Part shown: positions 8,661 to 15,882 of the stretch, in pieces | Position numbering within the stretch: the stretch's first letter is position 1 | Layout of the letters: each line of letters opens with the position of its first letter | From: Candidatus Methylomirabilota bacterium | Lineage (GTDB): Bacteria; Methylomirabilota; Methylomirabilia; Rokubacteriales; CSP1-6 | Assembly: GCA_046726415.1 (NCBI GenBank) | Contig: JBKPAK010000064.1 | Coordinates: forward strand, 1 to 21,292 | Length of the DNA stretch: 21,292 nucleotides | Direction: 5' to 3' | The notes under the pieces: model-generated | Told to the model about the DNA's origin: nothing | The model's input: the letters and a program-made list of their open reading frames with translations, nothing else | The model's database searches: none | Program-made: the position numbers and the translations under genes

Positions 8661-9989
8661 TTAGGTCAGGACGCCGGCGCGCGTGGCAAGCTCGCGTGCG
8701 GCCATGCGGGCGGCGTGCGCCACGTGGGCCCGATCGACGCGCAGAGGCGCGAAGTCGTCGACCAGGACTTCGCCGTCGACGATCGCCGTGCGCACATCGC
8801 TCCCGCGCGCGGCGTACACAAGGGTCGAATAGGGATCGGGTCCGGGGGTCAGGTGGGGTCGATCTCGATCGACCACGATGAGATCGGCGCGTTTGCCGGC
8901 CTCGAGTGATCCGATTTCGTCCTCGAGACCCAGCGTGCGCGCGCCCGCCCGCGTGGCCATCCATAGGACGTCGCGAGCGACCAGAATGCCCGGTTGACGC
9001 CGGGCCGCCTGCAGCACCGCGGCCAATCGCATTTCCTCGAACATGTCCAGCCGGTTGTTGCAGGCGGCGCCATCCGCGCCCAGCGACACCGTGACCCCGA
9101 GGGCAAGCAGCTCCGGGACGGGGGCCACGCCGGAGCCGAGCTTCAGGTTCGAGCCGGGACAGTGCATGACCTTGACATCGCGTTCGGCGAGGAGCCGCTG
9201 GTCGCCCTCATCGACCCAGACGCAATGGGCGGCGCACAGGCGCGGTGAGACGAGATGCAGGCGGGCCAGGTATTGGATGTTCGTCATGCCGCCGGAGATC
9301 TCCCGCACGATGGCGATCTCGTCGCGCGACTCCGAAGCATGCGTATGGACGAGCGCGCCGTGGTCGCGCGAGAGACTGGCCACCGCTTCCAAGAGCGCGG
9401 GCGAGCAGGACACGGCAAAGCGCGGCGCGAAGGCGGCGCGCAATCGGCCGTTGGCCGCGTCGTGCCAGCGCCTGCGAATGGCCATGCTCTCGTCGACTGA
9501 CGCCCGCGTCGCTTCCTGCAGCCGGGCCGGCATATGGGCGTCAGAATCCATCATGCACTTGCCGATGGTGGCGCGCAGGCCGCTTTCCGCCACCGCCTCG
9601 AAGACGGCATCGGTGTCGTGCACCGTCTCCATGGTCAGCACCGCGGTGGTGCCGCTCGACAGGAGCTCGATGGCGGCCAGCCGGGCCGAGGCTCGCAGGG
9701 TGTGCGGCGAATGGGCTGCCTCCATCGGCCACACGCGCCGTCGGAGCCAGTCCATCAGCGGGAGATCGTCGGCGTAGCCGCGAAACAGCGTCTGGCAGAG
9801 ATGCAAGTGCGTCTGGATGAATCCCGGGAGCACGTATCCGCCCCGCGCCTCGATGACGCGATCGTGGGGCTCGGCGATGGAGGACGCGACGGCGGCCACG
9901 TGACCATCGCGCACGGAAACATCTCCCTCGACGACCTCAAAGCGGTCGTTCATGGTGACCACCACGCCGCCCCGAATCAAAAGCGACAT
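8661..9989 (-). CDS. TRZ/ATZ-family amidohydrolase, probable 5'-deoxyadenosine/nucleoside deaminase (N-ethylammeline chlorohydrolase-like), 442 aa
   Basis: LPGFIQTHLHLCQTLFRG (HxH), FAPRFAVSC, HTHASE, AHCVW, HCPGSNLKLGSG, LGADG...NN, GSLEAGKRADL. Confidence 0.92.
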   Translation of the reverse strand: MSLLIRGGVVVTMNDRFEVVEGDVSVRDGHVAAVASSIAEPHDRVIEARGGYVLPGFIQTHLHLCQTLFRGYADDLPLMDWLRRRVWPMEAAHSPHTLRASARLAAIELLSSGTTAVLTMETVHDTDAVFEAVAESGLRATIGKCMMDSDAHMPARLQEATRASVDESMAIRRRWHDAANGRLRAAFAPRFAVSCSPALLEAVASLSRDHGALVHTHASESRDEIAIVREISGGMTNIQYLARLHLVSPRLCAAHCVWVDEGDQRLLAERDVKVMHCPGSNLKLGSGVAPVPELLALGVTVSLGADGAACNNRLDMFEEMRLAAVLQAARRQPGILVARDVLWMATRAGARTLGLEDEIGSLEAGKRADLIVVDRDRPHLTPGPDPYSTLVYAARGSDVRTAIVDGEVLVDDFAPLRVDRAHVAHAARMAARELATRAGVLT

Positions 9990-10067
9990 CAGGACGCTCG
10001 CCGCCGCGCCGACCTCATCGACCCGTCGGCCAGGGCGGGACGCAGTCTAGCCACTAACGGGCGCCAC

Positions 10068-10096
10068 GGAGGGATGGGAGCCAATCGGGGCCCCAT
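10068..10096. repeat. REP-like palindrome, degenerate copy of the 15638-15670 element
   Basis: GGAGGGATGGGAGCC-AATCGG-GGCCCCAT versus GGAGGTATGGGGGGCC-ATCTCGG-GGCCCCCCAT. Confidence 0.55.
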
Positions 10097-10098
10097 GC

Positions 10099-11058
10099 TT
10101 AACGCACGACCAGAAAGATGACCAGAAAGACGACGTAGCCGAGGATGACCACACCGGTCCCCAGCACCTCGTGCAGCCGGGAGCGCGAGGGGGAGGGGAC
10201 GAGTCAGAAGCCGAAGAGGCGATTCACCGGTGGCATGAGCAGCCAGGTGAGGATGGCCACCCTGACCAGGTTGCTCATCAACATCGCCACCGCCAGGGAG
10301 GCCCGCGAGCCATGGCGACAGAAAGAGGGTCAGCAACATGACGGTCGGATAGAGGGCGAGGAGGACGATCATGGCCTGCTTCCAGACCGGCGGGAAGGCG
10401 GGCTGGCCGGACGCCGTGGTGCCGGGCGCGAACCATCCCGGGAAGCCACCGCCGAACCTTTCGACCCGGGCCTCGTCCCACAGACGGGCGGGCCGATCGA
10501 CCAGGCGTTGCCGAGCGTCCGACAGGAACCAACTCTGAAGTTGCTCGCTCGAGTCGAATCGCACCACGACTCCCATTCTTCCTGCACGCCCGGTGCGGGG
10601 GCGAACACCTCGTTGCCCAGAACGCCCGGAAACCGGGCAGCCTCGGTGTCGATTCTGCTCTGCCACTCGCGATACTCGGTCTCAAGGCCGGGCTTGACGC
10701 GCGTGGATACCACGATGCCCTCTCCGCGCGGTGCAGGACGGGTCCCGGCAACCACCTGCGGCCGGGCCTCGCTCGTGAACAGGCCGTCACCGCGGGCGAG
10801 GATAGCCTGGCGGGCATCGGAGCGCAGCCAGGCGTCGAGGTGGGCGAATGAGTCGAACCGGAACACGATCACGTAGCTGTCCTGGACGCCGGGCACCGGC
10901 GGCACGACGTCCATGGCCTCGAAGCCGGAAAACGTGCGGCACACGTTGTTGATCTCGGCCTGCCACCGCAGGTAGTCCTGCTCTCGCCCGGGTCGCACGT
11001 GCCGGGCGATGACCACGGTGGCGGAAACCGGATCGGCGCCCGTTGCTGTCTCGCTCAT
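10099..11058 (-). pseudogene. Disrupted gene for a tandem antibiotic-biosynthesis-monooxygenase (ABM)-domain membrane protein (COG3224-like)
   Basis: Two ABM-like repeats (HVRPGREQDYLRW..FRFDS..WLRSDAR and RVKPGLETEYREW..VRFDS..WFLSDAR), then PPVWKQAMIVLLALYP and TM helices. Frameshifts at ~10572 and ~10297, TGA at 10204-10206 in FGF[W]L, natural stop TAA at 10099-10101. Confidence 0.85.
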
Positions 11059-11190
11059 GGCTCTGCTCCCGGAGGGATATCGCGTGAACGACTGACTCGC
11101 GGCGGTCGTTCGTAGGACAGCACTCGCCGCGAGAGCGAGTCAAGAAGAAATTTGTCCTGCGTGAATTGACCGACTACTTCGCCATCGGAG

Positions 11191-11307
11191 AAGTGGGTGG
11201 GCGACGTCTACCTCCAACCCACCGTGAGCTACATCCCGAACCCGGGACAGAGCCGCAGTTTCTCGCCCGCCACCGCCATCACCTTGCGGGCCACCATCCT
11301 GTTCTGA
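11191..11307 (+). pseudogene. Orphan 3' end of an outer-membrane porin gene (OprB-like)
   Basis: Frame reads KWVGDVYLQPTVSYIPNPGQSRSFSPATAITLRATILF*: QPxxxYIxNPG, an amphipathic last strand and a terminal Phe. There is an in-frame stop upstream at 11167-11169. Confidence 0.65.
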
Positions 11308-11352
11308 CGATCTGCGGGAGGGGCGGGCGGTGGGGCGGTCCCCCCCGATGAT

Positions 11353-13755
11353 CTAGCGGCCGGCGATCACGTCCGGCGCCCGCGGCACCGCGTCGTCCAG
11401 TGGGACCTGCTTCTCGAGATTCACCGCCACCCGGAGCGCCCGCAGTCCGTCCACGCCCTGCAGCATCTCGAGCTCGAGATCCTCGACTCCGGGGACGAGG
11501 TCGCCGCGCGCCTGCAGATACTCGATGTACTCGCGGTACTCTGTGGCTTCGCGCGGCTGGGAATAGATGATGGCGATGCGGCCGGGCTGGGTCAGTCGCT
11601 CGCGCGTGCCGTTGATGATCGCCTTGTCGATCCGCTTCTTGATGACCTCGTAGCGGACGTTGTAGGCGCCGTCGACGTCAAAGCGCTTCTCGTCCAGCCG
11701 GAAGCGCACGGCCAGGGGTGCGTGGTGCACGAGGACCAGGTGCGTGACCTCGAGCGGTAGGGCCAGGCGTGCCTTCAGGGCCTCGGCGCGCCGGGCCATG
11801 CCGGCCAGGACCATGAGCTGCCAGAGCCGCAGGTTGCGCAGGTGGAGCGGATCGAAGCCGCCGTGCTCGACCAACGAATCGCCCACGTAGAGCCCCCACT
11901 CGACGCCGTCCGTCTGCTGCTTCTCGAAATAGTGGGGGAACATGGCCTGGGAGCGCGTCTCCTCCTGGTCGAGGTACGAGGAGAGCGTGTCGTTGATCAG
12001 GGTGATCGTCTGCTCGAAGTCCTTGCGCTGCCGGTAGACGAAGCCCAGGCGCGGATCGACGGCGGCGCGATAGTCGGCGATGCGCGCGCGGACGTCGCCG
12101 CCCACCGAGGCCACCTGGTCGAAGACGCGCTCGACGTGCTGACGCAGGAAGTTCAGGATGGTCAGCTCGTCACCCGACTTGAGCCCGGCCTGCAGGTGCT
12201 CGATGTGGCGGTGGATGCGAAAGGCCAGCTCGTCGAGGATGGGAAGATCCTTGGCCCGGTGGGCCGCCCGAACCACCTCCAGGGCCAGCTCCAGTTGCGT
12301 GGCCAGGTCGGCCTGGATGGCCGTAGCTCGCTGGGTGGACGAGCCGCGAATGTCCGAGGCGCTGTAGAGCGGGTAGACGTTGTCGAACACGATCGGCTCG
12401 AGCTCCAGCGATTCGCCCGGCGGCGTCGCCTCGAGCGCGTGGAGCACGCCCTTGCGGAACCGCCACTCCACGCTGGGGTGAATGGCCGTGCACTTTTCCT
12501 TGATGACGGCCTGCACGCGCGAGTTCAGCTCGTCCATGCTGCGCTTGACGGCCATGGAGAAGAGCGGAAGTACCTCGGCCAGGCGCATGGCGTGGTTCGG
12601 ACTGAAGTCGCCCGGCTCCGGTGAGTAGAGCTTGAGGCAGCCGATCAACATGTCCTGGTAATGGAGCGGCGCGATGACCAGGCTCCGCAGGCCTTCGGCC
12701 AGCATCTGCTCCTCGAGTGGGCCCCGCTCGGGGTAGGTGGCCAGGTTCTCGATGTAGAGCGGCTGGCCCGAGTCGACCGCGCGCCCGTAGAGGGTTCCCG
12801 CGAAATCGCGGCGGCTGTAGTGCATTGAATCCGCGAAGAGGCAGCGGTGCTGCAGCTTGGCCCCGCTGAGCAGAAAGACCTGGTCGCCGTCGATGGCGGC
12901 GAACGAGACGTCGAGGGCGGGGCGGCGGAAGAGCGCGCGCAGCTTGTCGCGCAGCTTCTGGAAGGCGGCGCTGGAGACGATCGACTCCCGGTCGATCAGG
13001 TCGCGCTTGATGGACGAGAGGATCTCCTGATCCGTCACGTCGGCCGCCTTGAATAGGTGGAGGCCGCGGAAGACGAAGCGGTCCGGCGGCAACAGCTCGG
13101 CGAGCAGCCACGGATCGGACGGATTGGCCAGAATGCGCTCGCGCGCCTCGTCTGAGAGCGGGGGCACGCCGCCCAGGGCGTCCACCGTCATGAAGCGCGA
13201 GTCGAACATGGTCTTGAAGTGCCGATCGAGCCCCGTCTCCGGGTCGCGCACCGTGATGACGAGCGGCGTCCCGAGATCGAGATCGATCCCGTAAAAGCGC
13301 TGCAGGATGTGCCGGTAGGCGTGCAGCACGCGAATCCGCAGCCCGCCCTCGGCGTCCAGGTTGAGCCGTCCACGGAGAATTCCGGTCGCGCCCATTAGGA
13401 GGCGCTCGAACGACGGGGTGGCGTAGACGCTCTGCAGGCGGAAGGGCACCAGGATCGCCCCCACCTCCAGGTCCCAGAGGGCGGCCGGAAACACCGTGGA
13501 CATGAGGGCATCGACCAGCGGGCGATGCGCGCGGAGCACGGCCCGATCCTCGATAGGCGCACACAGGTCAGGAGCCGCGCGGAGTTGCTCGCGGATCACC
13601 CGAGCCATGGCCGCCCGGACCGGGTTGTCAGTGGCTTCCTCTTGCGCCCAAAACCCTATGAGCTGGCAGAAGCTCAGCTCCGTCCGGAACGGAAAGGCGT
13701 CGTCGTTCGGGTTGACAAGCTCCACGTCCACCAGATTCACCGGCTTAGTATCCAT
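11353..13755 (-). CDS. 800-aa GAF-domain protein of an uncharacterised family; the C-terminal half is a candidate class III cyclase-like domain
   Basis: GGAGG RBS 8 nt before ATG 13755. GAF signature RAVDSGQPLYIENL...GLRSLVIAPLHYQDMLIGCLKLYS..PGDF. Conserved-looking blocks SDIRGSS, FPHYFEKQQTDGVE, RFRLDEKRFDVDGAYNVRYEVIKKRIDKA, ERLTQPGRIAIIYS, LQGVDGLRALRV. Confidence 0.9.
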   Translation of the reverse strand: MDTKPVNLVDVELVNPNDDAFPFRTELSFCQLIGFWAQEEATDNPVRAAMARVIREQLRAAPDLCAPIEDRAVLRAHRPLVDALMSTVFPAALWDLEVGAILVPFRLQSVYATPSFERLLMGATGILRGRLNLDAEGGLRIRVLHAYRHILQRFYGIDLDLGTPLVITVRDPETGLDRHFKTMFDSRFMTVDALGGVPPLSDEARERILANPSDPWLLAELLPPDRFVFRGLHLFKAADVTDQEILSSIKRDLIDRESIVSSAAFQKLRDKLRALFRRPALDVSFAAIDGDQVFLLSGAKLQHRCLFADSMHYSRRDFAGTLYGRAVDSGQPLYIENLATYPERGPLEEQMLAEGLRSLVIAPLHYQDMLIGCLKLYSPEPGDFSPNHAMRLAEVLPLFSMAVKRSMDELNSRVQAVIKEKCTAIHPSVEWRFRKGVLHALEATPPGESLELEPIVFDNVYPLYSASDIRGSSTQRATAIQADLATQLELALEVVRAAHRAKDLPILDELAFRIHRHIEHLQAGLKSGDELTILNFLRQHVERVFDQVASVGGDVRARIADYRAAVDPRLGFVYRQRKDFEQTITLINDTLSSYLDQEETRSQAMFPHYFEKQQTDGVEWGLYVGDSLVEHGGFDPLHLRNLRLWQLMVLAGMARRAEALKARLALPLEVTHLVLVHHAPLAVRFRLDEKRFDVDGAYNVRYEVIKKRIDKAIINGTRERLTQPGRIAIIYSQPREATEYREYIEYLQARGDLVPGVEDLELEMLQGVDGLRALRVAVNLEKQVPLDDAVPRAPDVIAGR

Positions 13756-13859
13756 GCCGTTGACCTCCACCGCGCTGCCGCCCCTCCAGTCTAACCCTCT
13801 TTTTTCACTCATATTAGTGGGATGCCTGCACCCCGGGCCAGGATTCGGGCCCACAATCC

Positions 13860-13889
13860 TTGACAAGCGCGCGCCGGCCCTCCTAGACT
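13860..13889 (+). promoter_or_regulatory. Putative sigma-70 promoter for the transporter operon
   Basis: TTGACA (13860-13865), 18-nt spacer, TAGACT (13884-13889). Confidence 0.55.
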
Positions 13890-14090
13890 CGCGGCGATTC
13901 CCGAGTAGAGTGCAGCCGCCCAGGTGAGGCCGCATGCTCCTGGCTGAGGTTCTCGGACAAACTTTCGCACAGGCTCCTAGCCGTTCGCCTCCTTCCCGCC
14001 GGAGGACCCCGTGCTCCTCCCGCGGCGGACGTGCTTCGAGCGCCCGTGCGCGCAGCAGTGCACAGAGCAGTGCATCCAGGGAGGGCTCGA

Positions 14091-15581
14091 ATGGCACGTG
14101 TCGTTGAAGGTCCGGGCGCCCCCGCGGCGGCCGATGAGCGAGCGATTCACAAGGTCCCAGACCCTTTCCCGCTGACGTTGGCGGGCATGCTGGCGGCGCT
14201 TGGTCCGCAGGCGATCAATTTCGGTATCTCGATCGGCGGCGGGGAGGCCTACCTGCTGCCGAACATCTCGGCCCGCGGCACGCTCCAGATGCACTGGTTC
14301 ATGACGGTGTCCGTCGTCCTTGAGACCGCGCTCGTCTACGAGTGCATCAAGTACAGCATCTGTACCGGCCGTTCGTTTTTCGCTGCCACCAACGACCTCC
14401 GGCCCTATGGCTTCTGGCCGTGGTTCTGGGCGGTGGTGTCCATCGCCACCTTCGCCTGGCCGGCATGGATGGGGGGAGCCGTCATTGCCGCCTACCGGTT
14501 CACCGGCATCGGCAACCCGCCGGTCCTCGGACTCCCCCCGCACTACCTCTGGGCGGTGATCGCCCTCCTCGCAGTGCTGATCGTCTTCTACTTCTCCGAC
14601 CGGACGTACAACTTCCTTTCCAAGTTCTTCACATTCATCATGTTCGCGAACATCGTGCTGGTGCTCGCGGTCACCATCATCGCCGCCAAGCCCGAGCACT
14701 ACTGGCAGGTGCTGCTCGGCTACCTCGGCATCTCCTTCGCTCTCGAGGGCTATCCAGCAGCTCTACCCAAGACCGATGCGCTCGCCCTCTTCAACCAGCC
14801 CGGCGGGAGCCTCATGTGGGTGAGCTTCTGGGTGATCGGCGCGGGCTTCGGCATGGGACGGTACGCCGGGCAGGTCACTGGGGTGCTTCGGCCACCGGAG
14901 CGGATCACCGCCCAGGAGATCAACTGGAACAGCGCCGACCCCGAAGAGCGCCGCAAGATGCAGCAGTGGGTGAAAGTGGGTGGCTACAGCCTCATCCTCT
15001 GGTGGACCATCATCGGCGGCTTGATCATGACCTATCTCTATTCGGTGTGTGGTCTCGCCTATCTGCACGAGGACTTCCTCCGGACGGGCAAGATCCCGAC
15101 CGGGGTGCAAGTGCCGATCCAGATGGCTACCATCGCCAGCGGCGTGCTCGGGCCCATGGCCGGCTGGCTCATGCTGCTCTTCATCATGGTGACGCTCTAC
15201 GACGCGCAGTTCCCGTTCTACGACACCTACATCGGCCGCACCACCTGCGACGCGATCGCCGTGACCGGCCGCGCCCGCCGGCCCTACCGCTTCTACTACT
15301 TCGTGGTGATCACCATCGCGGTGCTCGCCGGCTTTTATCTCATCACGGTGGCCCAGCCCTTCATCCTGTGGATCGGCGTCGCCATCTCTGCCCTTGTCTA
15401 TCGCTCGATCGGCGCCTGGCAGATCCTGCTGCTCAACAACCGGCGCCTTCCGATCGGGTTCAAGGTGAGTCCGCTCAACACGTGGCTGCTTTGGATTACC
15501 GTGGTCACCGGCCTCGGCGGCGTCGCTTTCTGGGCGGCAACGGTGTTGCCCGGCGAGATCGCGAAGCGGTTCGGCGGCTAG
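14091..15581 (+). CDS. Nramp-related / APC-fold secondary transporter, 496 aa, about 11 TM helices
   Basis: GGGAGGG RBS before ATG 14091. LGPQAINFGISIGGGE..LP (TM1), KYSICTG, SFWVIGAGFGMGRYAG, many hydrophobic helices. Lacks the DPGN motif of true MntH. Confidence 0.85.
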   Translation: MARVVEGPGAPAAADERAIHKVPDPFPLTLAGMLAALGPQAINFGISIGGGEAYLLPNISARGTLQMHWFMTVSVVLETALVYECIKYSICTGRSFFAATNDLRPYGFWPWFWAVVSIATFAWPAWMGGAVIAAYRFTGIGNPPVLGLPPHYLWAVIALLAVLIVFYFSDRTYNFLSKFFTFIMFANIVLVLAVTIIAAKPEHYWQVLLGYLGISFALEGYPAALPKTDALALFNQPGGSLMWVSFWVIGAGFGMGRYAGQVTGVLRPPERITAQEINWNSADPEERRKMQQWVKVGGYSLILWWTIIGGLIMTYLYSVCGLAYLHEDFLRTGKIPTGVQVPIQMATIASGVLGPMAGWLMLLFIMVTLYDAQFPFYDTYIGRTTCDAIAVTGRARRPYRFYYFVVITIAVLAGFYLITVAQPFILWIGVAISALVYRSIGAWQILLLNNRRLPIGFKVSPLNTWLLWITVVTGLGGVAFWAATVLPGEIAKRFGG

Positions 15582-15599
15582 CGCATGCCCAAGAAATCG

Positions 15600-15670
15600 C
15601 GGCGCGCCACGGCTCCGCGGTCGTGCGCCGAGCCCTGGGAGGTATGGGGGGCCATCTCGGGGCCCCCCAT
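15600..15670. repeat. Double-hairpin REP/MITE-like intergenic element
   Basis: Imperfect 13-bp stem at 15600-15630 (CGGCGCGC...GTGCGCCG) followed by a perfect 10-bp stem ATGGGGGGCC/GGCCCCCCAT (15644-15670). Confidence 0.7.
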
Positions 15671-15681
15671 CATCTGAACGA

Positions 15682-15876
15682 GTGGCCTACCTCTGGGCGG
15701 CGATGATGCTGTGCTGGCTCGGGGGCCTGCTCTTCGGCATCTGGTGGGTGTGGCCAATCATCGAGGCCAGGCAGCTCACCGGCGACCTCGTCCTCGCCCT
15801 CGCCTGGCTCATCGCCGGTGGAGCAGCGTGGCTCCTCGCCCTGAACATCGGGCTCCAGCGCTATTGGCGCCGCTGA
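15682..15876 (+). CDS. Small 2-TM membrane protein, 64 aa
   Basis: GTG start, two Trp-rich hydrophobic helices and a basic C-terminus (YWRR). Follows the transporter on the same strand. Confidence 0.7.
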   Translation: MAYLWAAMMLCWLGGLLFGIWWVWPIIEARQLTGDLVLALAWLIAGGAAWLLALNIGLQRYWRR

Positions 15877-15882
15877 GTCACC

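Noticed and set aside
10204-10206. TGA read as Trp or Sec (also 4385-4387)
   Set aside because: Both lie in frameshifted relics, and intact genes here use TGG for Trp and TGA as stop.
13756-14097. N-terminal 114 aa of the 914-aa ORF
   Set aside because: It overlaps the divergent promoter, leader and transporter start. The RBS supports ATG 13755.
14091-15581. Calling the transporter mntH
   Set aside because: The DPGN and MPH metal-binding motifs are absent.
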